Assembly: GCA_022813865.1 (NCBI GenBank)
Contig: JALDZX010000071.1
Location: forward strand, 1 to 64,000
DNA length: 64,000 bases
DNA from: Xylographa opegraphella
Lineage: Eukaryota
Direction: 5' to 3'
A program made the translations under genes and the position numbers. This document shows, one piece after another, positions 25,192 through 39,310 of this stretch. The notes beneath the pieces are model-generated. The model did not search any database and was not told where the DNA came from. It worked only from the letters and a program-made list of their open reading frames with translations. Numbering within the stretch: position 1 is the stretch's first letter; each line of letters begins with the position of its first letter.

Positions 25192-26033
25192 AGAACCACT
25201 TATGCGGAAGTTCTCACAGTACTGGACACGACATCAAGGGAACAATTATTCCCATAGCCCGGGTGGCGGGTTAACCGCTCACGCTGAGGCCATCGGAGCA
25301 TTACACTAGCAACCATACCATTGCACGCGGATGAGAACAACTCTTGCCCCTATCATTCCGCACCAGTGGCGATCGTAGCCATAGCCGCCATCGCGCTCTA
25401 TGTACGGCGGAACAGGCACCCCTTCGACAGGGACCCGCTAATAGCTCCGGCTGCAATGTCCTCCAGAGGAGGTGCCTCCGCTAACGATTGCGGGTAGCTG
25501 CGGAGGAAGTTCCGTCCCACACAGCATTTCCACCCACAGCCCTGGGCCAAGAACCAGCATGCCAGGGACGCCGGTCCCGTTAGGCGTCCACGAATCCACA
25601 AGGCCAGATACTTTCCTCGCCGACGCGACGCCTTGGGAGCGGTTCGCCAGCAGATGGAATCAGGGTACCGCACCTTTTGACCCAGGCTAATGGTGCTATG
25701 CGGCCTGTGTGTAGAAAATGATGGCAGAGAGATATAGGGTTTTGCGAATAAGGGCGGATAGACCGCTATGATGGTGCACCGAAGCGGGACTAGGTGTTGA
25801 GATGAAAGAATGCGTGCTTCGAGATACGGTGGATGGGATATGAGCGAGGATAGGAGACTGGTGGAGATCTTGAGAGTGGTTAGGAGAGGGGGAGTAGACT
25901 AGATGTGGGAGGGACGTACAATATGCCCAGAAAGTTCTCACGTATGCAGAGCCAAGTCCACTCGGGTGGACAGTCACGGAGACATCGTGGTATCGTCATA
26001 TATGGGAGTTGCTGAAGAGGGAAACGGACGCGG

Positions 26034-27046
26034 TCACGATTCGGCTCGCGACTCGGGCTGCTTGACCCACTCCTTCTTGCTGGCGTCCCATACGTGCCTA
26101 TCGGACGTATGAGCTTCGGTCCCAAATCCCAAACTTCAGAAGTACATCCAACGCTCAGAGACTCACCCTTCGAATTCCGTCCTCACCAGCGCCTCCTCGC
26201 GGTATTCCTCTACGAGGATCAGGTCGTAGTTGTAGGGCACCTTCGCCAACACGCCCTCGTACATCGTCTCCCGCATCGGATAGAGGTCCTTGACCTGGTA
26301 ACGATGCAAGTTCTTGCAGCTCAGCAGTCCGGGGAGCACGTCCGGATCGGTTTCGCTCACGGCGGTGATGTCGATGTACAGGCCGCTGTGGACGTCGATC
26401 CAGCGGGCGTCGATGATGTTGAAGCCATCCCCGCGTTCGCGCTCCTCCCACTGTGAGTTTACGTCGAGGAGGTATGTGCGGGTGACAGGATCGTTGTGCA
26501 CGGCGGAGGTGGCGGCGGTGTACGTGTGGAAGGTATGGTTGAGGTTCGTGGCCAGGTATTTGAGGGTCGACTCGGAGATCTGGGTGTCGATGTCCCAGTC
26601 CCAAGGAAGCATCTATGTACCATGGTCAGCACCGACATTCCTACCGTGATAATGATCTCGGTCAGACATGCCTTTCCGTTCCACCACCACCCCAGCAGCG
26701 TCCCATGCGCGATCCACGTCTCGATGCCCAACTCCTGAAAGATTTCCAAGTACGCTCGCACCATGTGTACCTGCGTGTCTCTCTTGCTCTCGTAGCTCAA
26801 CAGCTCCCCGAAATAGCGGGTGTCGTAGTGACCCAGCATGTCATCGGAGCCTGGCGCGTGGGAGCCCGGCTCGTGGAAGTACTTCTTCGAGTCCTCATAC
26901 GCCTTGATGGCCACCCAATCCGGCTCGCCAGCGTCGTTGAGGTCATATACGCTGCTGTCAATCTCTGAGGGAACAGCAATCGGTTTGGCGTTGGCGAGAA
27001 GTAGAGATGTTAGGACCAGCGTGGCGAGAGGCACAAGGGCTCGCAT
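26034..27046 (-). CDS. LicD/fukutin-family (Mnn4-like) phosphotransferase; exons 27046-26672, 26612-26167, 26097-26034
   Basis: Signal peptide, KYFHEPG, GHYDTRYF, TWIAHGTLLGWWWNGK|MLPWDWDID and NIIDARWID..SGLYIDIT. Confidence 0.88.
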
Positions 27047-28746
27047 GTTCTTCAGCAGAAAATGGGGTCCTGCATGTTATGGAAGACTTGCTGCGGTGTA
27101 CACGATTGAGGCAGTAGGTGAACGACCTCGTTCAGGATAGATGAAAGGAGCGGAGATATGTGAGCGACGAGGCTGATAGGATGACGATCAGAGCCCCCAA
27201 CACAGCCTCACAATGTTCCAGCAAAAGCCGGCACCAAGTCAACTGGTGCAACAGACTGCAGTCCTGACTCAACGCATTCGCAAACGAGGGCAATAACGTG
27301 TGTGAGCAAAGCAGTGTAGGAAACATGGACAAACATAGGCCAGCATCGGAGCAAGGAAGGCGTCACGGCACAAGCTTGGCGTGCATTCCGTGGGCGGACC
27401 ATGGCGGAGTGCTCATCGAGTGGTGAATGGGGCAAGGGTACGTAAGTGAAGGAAAGTGGTCGCGTGCTTCCTTGGCGTTCGACTCTGAAAGAAGCAGCAA
27501 GCCACCAATCAACGCTCGTGCTCACCCCTGCCCGGAGAATGCCGAGCTGCCGATCCGCCGGAGAGCCCCCCAAGCGACATGCTCTAGCGTGCGGATTCTT
27601 CACCGGCCAAAATGAGAGAAGAACGATCAGGCAACGCCCGTACAGTTCACCCTTTTATTCGCCTCCAAACACGTCAGTAGACTCGAGAACGCCCTTCGGA
27701 GGAAGAGTGTATACTGACATACTGCAACTATACCCCCCAATGCATCTGACCACACATGTCCAATCCCACGCCCTCATTTCCCTTCCCAGCCAACCGCTCA
27801 CATCAGCCTCGGCGGTTGGCCCCGTTTCATCAGATTACATGATGCCAAGCCCAGCGCTCTCGGCACCCAGCGCACCGGGAATGGCACCCAGTCTGACAAC
27901 CCGTGCTCCCGACCGATCCGCTGTCCCGCCATTGGCTATTCGCGAATGGGACCTGATGCGGCAACGAGTTCGCACGGCGAGGATGTCACGGCGGTGCCAT
28001 TATTCGCTGGATGTATCAGGTCATAGGTCAGGAACCGGTCGTGATGCGTTGATGTGGCCAGCTACTGATCGGGGGAAACACGTTGGAGGGTGAAAGGTTC
28101 CCCTGACACGCTAACGTTGGCGGGCGCTCTCGTGGGCCGGAGCCCGTTCTTGGCTCTAATCTTATCTGTCGTCGACGAAAGGCTCGGGAAGGAAAGATCA
28201 AGTGCGCGCCAATCCGATCGAAGCTAGCTCGGTAGAAATCAAAACGTGCGAGTCAACATAGGTAGGTCAGGTACATACTCCGAGATCACAACCAGGCGGG
28301 AGGGTTCGAGTCTCACGGAAAGTAACATCGAACGTTCGGAACATCTCGCATAGATAAATAGCATGTATAAATTCTCTTCGATCCCCAACAATTACCGCTC
28401 TAAACCACATCTACCTTTCTACCACGAACGAAGAATTGGCCAACCCGCATCACGAATCCCAATCACGAAAAAGAGAGCCCCTCCCTCCTTTCCCCACGGT
28501 CGAGCCCAACACGCGACAGAAAGATCGTGTAGAATGCAAAATAGAATAAAAAAAAACCGATGCGGAAAGCGTACACAAAACGATCGAGGTATCTCTGCGC
28601 TTTTCCAAATCCGTCACGGCGTCGTCGTCATCGTACAAATGCTGTGTTCGTGCCGTCCAATGCTTGCGTCGTCCGTGCTCCCCTTCCCCCCCCCCGCCAT
28701 CCCCCGTGACCATATGTGCATGTGAAGTACTATGTATGTGGAACAC

Positions 28747-31700
28747 TTAGGCTGCAACAGCCTGCTGTCGCATGCGTTCCGGGTGCCCGATGATCCCGTA
28801 CGGAGCCCGCTGCACGATCCCTCCGGTGGTGGGGAGCTGGGTGCCGAGGCCCATGAGGAATACGTCCACGTCGCGCGCCGCTTGACGACCCTCGTTGATG
28901 CCCCTATCGTACAGTTAGCCGGAGGTCAGACGAGAGGAGCGGAGGGATACTCACCACACGATGAGGGATTGCCCTCGTCGGCAGTCACCAGCGGCGAAGA
29001 CACCAGGCAGGTTGGTGTTGTACTTGCCAGGAGGCGTCTTGATGTTCTTGCGCGCGTCCTTCTCGACTTCGGTGCCCAACAGCCGGTCCTCCGGTCCCAA
29101 GAACCCCATGGAAAGCAGCACAAGATCGGCGGGGAAGAATTGCTCGCTGCCCTCAACCTGCTTCATATCCCATCCTCCAGATACGCTCTTCGTCCACTCA
29201 ACGCGGTGGATGTTGATGCCTTTGACGTGCCCCTCATCGTCGCCAACAAACTCTTTGGACATGACACAATATTCTCTGGGATCCTTGCCCATGTGCGTCT
29301 TGACCTCGGAGTGACCGTAGTCGACCCGGTATATACGGGGCCACTGTGGCCACGGGTTATCACGAGCTCGCTCGGGCGGTGGTTGAGGCAGCAGCTCGAA
29401 ATTCGTGACAGACTTGGCCCCGTGGCGGACAGAGGTTCCAATACAATCGTTTCCAGTATCTCCGCCACCGATGACGATAACATCCTTGCCCTTGGCAGAG
29501 ATGTACTCTCCATCCTTGAGCTCAGAATCGAGCAGAGATTTGGTGTTGCGGTGTAGGAACTGCATTGCGAAGTGAATACCTTCCAACTCTCTGTTTGGGA
29601 TTTTGAGGTCACGCGCAACCGTAGCTCCCGTCGCGAGGACCACAGCATCAAACTCTTTGCGAAGCGATTCGAGGGTCACTTCACTGTCTGGTCCGACAGC
29701 AGTACTCGTCACGAACTTCACGCCCTCCTCAGCCATGAAATTAACGCGTCGTTGAACAATAGTCTTGTCAAGCTTCATGTTCGGAATTCCGTACATCAAT
29801 AGTCCCCCGACACGGTCCGAGCGTTCGTACACCGTTACGTGGTGGCCCGCCTTGTTGAGCTGATCTGCGCAAGCAAGGCCAGCAGGACCAGATCCGACGA
29901 CTGCAACGGTTTTGCCCGTCCTTTCAGTCGGAGGCTGCGGCACCATCCACCCCATGTCAAAGCCTCGGTCGATGATCGCACATTCGATGGACTTGATGCC
30001 TACAGGATCTTCATTGATACCCAACACGCAAGCGCCTTCACAAGGAGCAGGGCAAACACGTCCAGTGAACTCTGGGAAGTTGTTTGTCATGAGCAGACGG
30101 TCCAAAGCATCCTTCCATTGGTTCTGGAAAACGAGTTCGTTCCATTTCGGAATGATGTTCGAGATTGGACATCCGGTATCAGACTGGCAGAAAGGCACGC
30201 CGCAATCCATGCAACGAGCGGCCTGGTACTTGAGCTCGTCCTCGTTGAGACGACTAGAAAGCTCCTTCCAGTCTCTAGTCCTTGTTTCAGGCTTACGATA
30301 CTTTTCAGCCCTTCGCTGGTATTTCATAAAGCCTTTTGTCTTGTCGAGAACCAGAGCCGAGCGCTTCTTTTCGGCTTTCCTATCATCCACACTCTCTTCG
30401 ATATCGAGCATATCGTTCTTCTTTGCTTTTGCTTCCTTATCATGCTCTTGTTTCTTCGATTCCTCATGGAGCTGACGTACCGAGTTTCCTGGGAGCAACG
30501 GAAGGGGATATTCAGCTTTCTTTGCGGCTTCAGCCTTTGCAGCTTCTTCGGCCATAACGCGCTTGTAGTCAGTTGGGAGAACCTTGACAAAGCGTGGTAA
30601 AGCTCGGTTGAAGTCCAAGAGCACACGTGCGGCAAGTTCGGAGCCAGTGTAATGATGATGATCTTCAATCAAGCCACGAACGAACGCGATCTCTGTAGGA
30701 TCTTCGATACCAGATAACTCAACCATCTCCGTGTTGACCTTGCTCGTAAAGTCTTGGTTCATGTCCAGTACGTATGCGATGCCACCAGACATACCAGCAG
30801 CAAAGTTGCGGCCAGTACCTCCCAGGATAAGTACGCGGCCTCCAGTCATGTACTCGCAACCATGGTCGCCGACGCCCTCGACGACTGCGGTCGCACCAGA
30901 GTTACGGACGGCAAACCTCTCAGCAGCCATACCACGGAAATAACATATACCGCTAGTCGCTCCATATAGACAAACATTGCCAACTAGCACGTTCTCTTCA
31001 GCCTTGAACACTGCGGCTCGCGGAGGATAGATTATCAAACGGCCACCTGAAAGGCCCTTTCCGATGTAGTCATTCGCGTCGCCTTCTAGCTCGAGCGTTA
31101 CTCCTGGAGCCAGGAATGCACCGAACGATTGTCCTGCGGAACCTCTGATATTGGCATGAATGGTGTCCTGAGGAAGCCCGGCCTCGCCATATCGTCTACT
31201 GATCTGATAGGAGAGGGTAGCTCCAAGCGCACGATCAGTATTCACGATATCGCATTCAATCCGGCACGGCAGCCCTTTCTCTAGTGCCAACTCGGACTCG
31301 GCAATCAGTTTGTTGTCAAGCCTGACATGCAGTCGGTGGTCCTGCTTGCGTACATTGTAAGTTGCAACGCCAGGGCGAAGCTGGTGAGCTGGGGTAAGAA
31401 TAAGTCCGAGATCAATGTTCTCTGTTTTGGGAGTTCGGAGGTCCTCGCGAACACGCAGCGCCTCGGAATGGCCGACCATTTCATTGATGGTGCGGAATCC
31501 CAACTTCGCCATAATAGCGCGTAGCTCGTTGGCGATGTAGTAGAAGAAATTGATGACATGTTCTGGCGTGCCCTGGAACTTCTTCCTTAACTCAGGGTCT
31601 TGACTTGCAATGCCTACTGGACACGTATTCAAATGACACTTGCGCATCATGATACAGCCCATGGCGATCAATGGTGTTGTTGCGAAGCCCCATTCTTCGG

Positions 31701-34700
31701 CGCCAAGCAGACACGCAATTGCAACATCACGACCAGTTCTAAGTTGACCATCTGTCTGAACGATGACCCGCCCTCTGAGATCGTTTAGGACCAAAGTTTG
31801 ATGAGTTTCAGCCAAACCAAGCTCCCAGGGTAATCCAGCATATTTGATACCGGTCCACCGGGAAGCGCCAGTACCTCCATCGTGACCGGATATCAAGATG
31901 TGATCGGCCTTGGCTTTTGCAACACCTGACGCAACGATACCGACACCGGTTTCGGAGACAAGTTTGACGGACACACGAGCTCTGGGGTTGGCGCATTTTA
32001 AATCGTAGATAAGCTGCTTAAGATCTTCAATAGAGTAGATATCGTGGTGAGGCGGCGGCGAAATCAGACCAACACCAGGAGTTGAGTGCCTGGTACGGGC
32101 AATGGGGCCTGAAACCTTATGTCCCGGGAGCTCACCACCCTCTCCTGGCTTAGCGCCTTGAGCCATTTTGATTTGCAGCTCGTCAGAGTCGGCAAGGTAG
32201 TTAGAAGTAACACCAAATCGGCCAGACGCTACCTGTTTGATGGCAGATCGCATAGTGTCTCCGTTCTCCATTCGCAAACTCCGCTCTGGATCTTCGCCAC
32301 CTTCGCCGGTGTTTGACTTGCCTCCAAGTCGATTCATGGCAACAGCAAGTGTAGAATGGGCTTCCATGGAAATCGAACCGTACGACATGGCGCCAGTAAC
32401 AAACCGACGTACAATCTCCGTCCACGGTTCGACTTGGTCAATTGGGACCGGCGTCCGCTCGTCGAAGCAGAAGTCAAGCATGCCCCGAAGACTGCAGTTC
32501 TTGATCTGCTCGTATTCAGACATAGAATATGCCTCGTAAGACTTGTCATTCTTAGTCCGAACAGCATCCTGGATGTTCGCGATGCTGACGGGGTCGTTGA
32601 TGTGCGGCTCGCCACCATCTCGCCAATGGTATTCACCGGTTTCTGCAAGACCAGGAATGTTCATGATATGCCGAGTTGGATAGCCTTTCTCGTGGAAAGC
32701 AAATGCGTCTTGCGCGATAAGCTCAAAAGTCATGCCCTTTATGCGGGTAGCCGTTCCTGTAAAGCAACGGTCCACAACAGAGTCATCAACTCCAAGTGCC
32801 TCAAAGACCTGTGCACCTTTGTAGCTCTGCAGCGTAGAAATGCCCATCTTACTCATGACTTTGAGGACACCGCCATCACAAGAATACTTGTAATTTTGGA
32901 TGACTTGCTCGTTTGTAAGTTTCTTCCGAATCAATTTTTCACGGTTCATCTTGAGAATACATTCCATAGCCAGATATGGACATATCGCATCAACTCCATA
33001 TCCCAGGAGAACACACATATGATGTACTTCACGGGCTTCGGCAGTCTCAGCGACAAGAGCGACTCGCGAACGCCATCTGTTGCGTACTAAGTGATGATGC
33101 ACCATGCCGGTTGCGAGCAGCGCGGATACTGGCACTCTATCGGCAGATGTTGCTCTATCCGATAGCACAAGTATCCTGTTGTTACTTTCGATGGCTTCCG
33201 TTGCAGCCTCACAGATACGATCGAGAGCATCCATATACCCATCAATACCTGTTTCTTTAGGGAAGGTGATGTCTATGGTCTTGACTGTCCACTCACGATG
33301 AAGCTCGGTAATATTCTTAAGAGCATTAAAGTCTTCGATTGAAAGGACTGGGGATGGCAATAGGAGACGGTGGCATTGAGAAGCATCCATCTCAAGTAGG
33401 TTACCTTGTGGGCCAACATAGCATTCGAGCGACATGACAATAGCCTCTCGAATTGGATCGATGGGAGGATTTGTGACTTGGGCAAAAAGCTGACGGAAGT
33501 ACTCATATAGGAGTCGGGGCTGCTGCGCAAGGCATGCAAGGGGAGCATCGTTACCCATTGAGCCTAGAGCTTCTTTGGAATCTGCCGCCATCGGTCCAAG
33601 GAGAAGACTGATCTGTTCGTACGAATAGCCAAACGCCTTCAAGCTGGGGTCAGTCTGCACGGTCAAGTCATTCAAGCCAATGCTGAGGTCAGTACCACGC
33701 TCTAACAGCTGCTCAGTGATACCAGGCAGAGTGATGAGCTCTTTTTGAAGCCACGACCTGAAGTCGTTGCGGTTAGACACCGTATGTTTTAGCTCAGCAT
33801 CATCAACAATACGACCAGCCACCGTATCCACTAAGAGCATCTTTCCTGGCTGTAAACGACCCTTTTGCACGATCTTCTCGGGATCGATCGATATCGTGCC
33901 AACTTCCGAGGCGCAAATAATGCGATCATCATCCGTCACGTAGTATCTGCAAGGCCGCAGCCCATTCCGATCGAGATTGGCTCCACAATATCTGCCATCC
34001 GAGAACGTAAAGAGAGCGGGCCCGTCCCATGGCTCCATGTTACATGCTGCCCACTCATAAAACGCAGCTTTTGCAGGGTCCATCGCTGTGTTATCCTGCC
34101 AAGCCTCCGGCACCATAAGCATGACCGCTTCGGGAAGAGAAAGGACGCCGTTGATGGTAAGAAGCTCAAGAACATTGTCAAAAGCCGCGGAGTCAGATCC
34201 ACCGTCTTCAATAATAGGATAAAGTGACTCGAGCTCCTCATCAAAGAACAATGACTTCATAACCCCCTCTCGGGCGCGCATCCAGTTCTTATTGCCTCGA
34301 AGTGTATTGATTTCGCCTGAGGTTTATTCAGCTGCCAAATCATAAATGCAAAATCACGCAATGGACATACCGTTGTGTGCAGCGAAACGCAAAGGCTGCG
34401 CGCGATCCCAGCTGGGGAATGTGTTGGTAGAAAACCGCGAGTGGACCAGAGCAAAATGACCTTCGTAGTCGACGGATACCAAATCGTGATAGTACTGGTA
34501 GACCTGCACAGGCGACAATTGTCCTTTGTAGACTATGTTCTTGTTGCTCAACGAGCACAGATAGAACCAGTTGTGTAACCCAATCGTGTGTGTAGCCCGC
34601 TTTCTGAGGATGAATAGCTGACGTTCAAAGTGCTTCTCGTCGAAGTTGTCAGTGCTTTTAGGTTCATTCTCTGTTCCGTATGCAGACTCCAACACTACAA

Positions 34701-35354
34701 AAGGCTGAAGGACAATTGGCTCTCGAGAAAGTGCTGCAGGACCAAGCAAGCTGGAATCCCTAGGCACCTCCCGCCACCCAAGCACTCTTAGACCCAGCGA
34801 TTGAGCTACGTCCTCGAATTTTGTGGTAGACTCCTTCAACATTTCGGTGTCAGGTTTGAAAAAGAGGTTCCCTGCAGCGTACTGACCCTGCGGAGGGAGT
34901 TTGTAACCCGTTTCCCGCTCGAAGTTCTTGATAAAAAACTTGTGTGGAATTGAAGTCATCACACCGGCACCATCACCGTCTCGTGCATCGGAGCCCACTG
35001 CTCCCCGATGGGTCATGTTGCACAATAGGTTCCGCGCTGGTAATCTCGTCAGCACGATTCGGCGCTTCAAGAGGTTTTCGCCACCTACCATCGCTGATGA
35101 TCTTGTGGCTGGGAACACCTTTGATGTTCCTGTTGGAAATTCAGCATATGTGAGAGGTTCGAACATTGACATGAGACTCACGCAGCAAAGCCCACACCAC
35201 AAGCATCCTTTTCAAGCTCAGGGTCGTAAAGACCCTGCTTCACCGGCAGAGCCCCGGCCCATGACCGGTTCTCCGGGGTGTTTTGGTACTCGTATACGCT
35301 CGTGGTCTGCTCTTCCTCAATCTGTGGTCCATATAAGTCCTCCACGAAACCCAT
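28747..35354 (-). CDS. GLT1: NADH-dependent glutamate synthase (GOGAT), single-chain eukaryotic form, 5 exons
   Basis: EKDACGVGF Ntn start, [29 protein letters not shown], beta-like CMDCGVPFC and GSGPAG; last exon [13 protein letters not shown]...AVAA*. Confidence 0.98.
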
Positions 35355-36916
35355 TCTACAGACGGCAACCGTCACGAATTTGCCGCAGCAGTGGGGTGGC
35401 GTTCGTCGACTTCGGCGCTCTGGTTTCTTCCGCGGTCAATCGTGTGAAGCTTGAGAACCAATTTGACGACGAATGGCGGTGGCGGATTCGACGGTGGAGG
35501 TGGTTGTGGGAGGAGGAATGCGAAGAGGGTGGGGGAATTTGTAGTGAATTCTGCAGGCGAGAAAAAAGTGGCCCGTGGTAGTAGCGGGGCCGGTGGAAAA
35601 TATTTACATTAACACGACGACTACGTTAGGTCATTTTATCTAGTCACCCGGGACGAACTGGACGGATCTACCTTGGAAGGGTGGGATGTTGTGCAGCAAT
35701 TTCCTTCCTCTAAGTCAAGTCAAAAGCGGAGTCGACGCTGGCTCTGGCCTATTTCTTATCGTGCTTACGCCTGACCAATCACAGCCTCGCAATAAACCAT
35801 TCATATATAGTAAAAGTACATTCGTCTTCCTCCTTGCTCACTTCGCAGATTCCTCGACAGGAAACATCGAGCGAACGATTCAACATGGGACGAGCGATAT
35901 CATTGTCTCCTACACCTGGGCCTCTATTAGACATCCACTCCCGGTCCCGTCTGCGACCGCTGGTTGCCATCGGACCACGATTGGCAAACGGAAGGCCAAA
36001 CATTCCGCTCCTTCATCACTTCACTTTCTAGCTGCAAACTTGAATGGTGACTGTGACGGATACAGTTCACTGTTCTGAACGCGTCTAAGTGTACCTTTGG
36101 TATACCGGAAGAAGCAGTGAGATAGCAAAGCAGGATGCATCAGGGAGGCTGCCGGACTGGGCTGGGCTGCGTCACAGGACACTGAGCTTTTCGGTTGTGT
36201 GTAACTGTCATGCATGCGGTGCAATGCGAGGCTGGAGCTCATGCTGCACGTTTATCTGCAACGCACCAAACAAAAGTGGCAGAAGGGGGGGGGAGCGCGA
36301 CTCGCCGAAACCCTGCATCCGAATCCTCCAGGGACTGTTTGCCGTCTCCTTTTGGGCTTGGCGGAGCTTGACAGTCCGATGTCGGTTCTTTAGGTAGCTT
36401 AAGGTTTGTCGTTCCAGATCCCTTTAGGCCCGCTCAGGTCTAGTTCACGCGGCTGCAGAGCCGCTATCGCCCAGTAGCCGTTCCCATCGTGTATTTTAGC
36501 CTCTTTCCTCCTGACCGAGTTGTCAAAATATTGCCCTCGAGGTCGAGGGCCATTCATCGTAAAGCCCGTTACCCCGGACCGACGTTCCTTCAAAGCTACC
36601 TGACACGTTCAGGTGCTACAGTACCTAAGGTACCTTAGTCAGGGTCCCGGCACACAATGTGCTTAGTAACTCGACCAATTCCCATACCCAATAATTTGCC
36701 TCAATTTCTCAACGCTGGCCCACTAACCGAAGTCGCCATGGAAAAGACAGATATAAATCGATGCTGCACCATAAGAGGCCGGGAGCTTGGTACAGCTTCG
36801 ACAACTTCTTCAAGCAGGCTACTGCTAAGTCTATAGCTCTGGCTTCTCACAATCCTCATCTGGCTCATTCATTCCGATCGAGTCAACGGATGCTTTCTGC
36901 CCGAGCCACACCGAGC

Positions 36917-37010
36917 ACCTACTAAGCCCGGAGAATACCTACTAAGCCCGGAGAATACCTACTAAGCCCGGAGAATACCTACTAAGCCCGGACAATACTA
37001 AGTCCGGAAA
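36917..37010 (+). repeat. Minisatellite, 20-bp unit ACCTACTAAGCCCGGAGAAT, 4 copies plus a degenerate partial
   Basis: Three exact copies, a fourth with one substitution, then actaagtccgga. Confidence 0.95.
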
Positions 37011-37365
37011 GGGAAATATCGGAGGGAGAACAAGTACTAAAGGCCATCAATCCTCACACCCCATCGCCATCCAACGATGTAGGTCTCATGCTATGGATTA
37101 TTGCGCCTTTCCAATACGCACATCGAGAGTGTCATTTCCTATGTGGTGTCAGGAAAACGCACAAAGGCCGTCTAGATTCATCAGAACTATGTACCATGAA
37201 CTAACCCGGCAGAACGGGCTGTCAAATCGCTACCCTCCTTTACCGCCCAAGCTTGAACATAAATCAGAAATCGGATGCATGCTCGGGCTCGTGCACGCTC
37301 AACATTCAAGAACTCCGTGGGATTGTCTCATCCAATATCACCAGCGTTGGTACTATACTTGCACC

Positions 37366-39310
37366 CTAGGTGAAATCCAAGATGACCGCACTCGAGTCCA
37401 TGACTTGCACGCTGACTGTCCCATTGCTGACGGCTATACTCTCTCCTCTGGTGACGTTGCCGAGGAGGACTGGGACGCCCTGCTTAAGCTCATAGGCGTA
37501 TGAGTACCCATCAAAGGAGATCCCTGTCACAGAGTCGCTGCCATTCGCCATCAGGCGTCTCACGCTGACCGACGTGCTGGTAATCTGCGGAATGGAAAAT
37601 GTATAGCTTGGCTGTCCCCGAGCCGGCGGGTTTTGTTGCCCTGATGCCGTAGCATTGTGGCCGCTCATATTTATGACCGCTATTCGGGCCAAATGACCAT
37701 CCACATACGTCGCATATGCTGCCTCTGTATCGGCAGTGAGAGGTATGTTTGCTATCTTGACCTCGGACGCAGTCGAGTTCCCCAGCATGGCTGCGGCTGC
37801 AATACTACCGTAGTAAGGTGGCTTGGTGGCAACAGGCATGTTGGACTGTATTGGCTGCCAGGCGTTGTAATAGAAATTAGTGCCTTGCTGCATGTGCACA
37901 CGGGAGATGTTTTGCGATGCGCTCCAGAGATTGTAGTCCATGGTCCAGAGCGCAGCGCCGAAGGTATCACTGATTCCCGGCGTCCCTATGTCAGAAAGCG
38001 AGTTCGTCTCGCTAATGATGAATGGAATACTAGTATTAGCTAGGAAACTATACTGATCCAATTTTTGCGCAATGCTTTGCATGGTATTCGTGTGGTTCAG
38101 AAGGGTTCCTTGAAGGGAGATTCCAGGATCCGAAGTACTGCCTATGTAACTATTATTTGTCAGTATATCATTCTGACGACGGAGACGAGACTTACTTGTG
38201 GAAGGAAATCAGCTTGATATCATTATCCACATTGAGTCCACTGCTGAAGGTTCCTGCTATTGTCAATTCATTATTGTCGGGAACCCAGAATGACGGTGCG
38301 ATATATCCGTAAGCATCAGCCGTAGCCATGTCTTGGCACGCCTGAGTAAGGACGTCCTTGATGTGACGAGTTCCGTTTTGCCATTGAGAGACGTACTCTG
38401 AGTCACCCCAAGGACCCCAGCGCAACTTCTGTGGTCCTCCAGGATTTGAATTGGAATAGAGATCTGGCTCGTTACCATACTCCCACCAGAGGAGTTTTCC
38501 ATTTCCTAGAGCCTTGCAGGCGATGGGCACTGTAGAAAGAAGACTCGACCAACCAACAGTAGAAATACTCGCAAGACCGAGGCTGAATGCATGAGTATAT
38601 TTAGTGTCTGGCCAAGTGCTATAGGATTCGAAAAAGACATTGCCAATCTCAATACTGCTGATACCATTAGGCAAAGGGCCTGTTGACGGTTTATTTTTGC
38701 TAGTACGAGTGACCGCAGTTGTCTGAAGCGAGACGTTGTATAGCGCTTCATCGGCGGAAGTTCCACCAACTCGAATATAGGGCTTTGTACCTGTCAAATT
38801 CCCAATGTTGTTGAGTAGGTTGTTAGAAAAGATGTTCGGGGTGGAAAGATTCCCTGAAATTGTCATTCACAATACCATGTCTAGCCAAGAGTATTGCTCA
38901 CCTGCAAAATCAGGAAAATGTCCAAACTCGATCGCAAAACTGATGAAAGCTTCCGGTATAGGCTGACTTGCGGTTGGTGGTACAACATTGCTGATACTGA
39001 TAGAAGAATTGGATGAACCGGTGCCCCCAGAGCCGCTAGAGCTTCCACTATTGTGTCCTCCCCTGGTAAGACCGACACCCAGGCCGATAGCCAGCGCGAT
39101 GGCAACCATGATAGCGGTACATATTGAGAATATCAGGATTCTGGGCCTTTTGAGCCTGCCGCCGGCTGCCTGTGTTGTTTGTGTCCCCATTACTGCTGTG
39201 TCAAGTCTGTAGCGTGCCAATCAGAAAAAGGTCTGACTAACACATGTAATTGCAGACGAGCATGGGGAGAATTAAGCGTCACACTTGTAGCTCTGCAGAC
39301 GGTCATCCAT
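37366..39310 (-). CDS. Glycoside hydrolase family 79 (beta-glucuronidase-like), N-terminally membrane-anchored; start uncertain (39310 via a short first exon, or 39190)
   Basis: ISFAIEF, YIRVGGTSAD, WEYGNEPD (acid/base), ISETNS (nucleophile), FGAALWTMDY and PPYYG; TM helix ending GLGVGL. Confidence 0.85.

Noticed and set aside
28221..28315. Second tRNA-like element (TAGCTCGGTAG ... GGTTCGAGTCT)
   Set aside because: Both boxes are imperfect, no cloverleaf forms and there is no nearby T-run; at most a lone TFIIIC-type site.
36917..37010. CRISPR-like array
   Set aside because: The repeats are contiguous with no unique spacers, there are no cas genes, and the DNA is eukaryotic.
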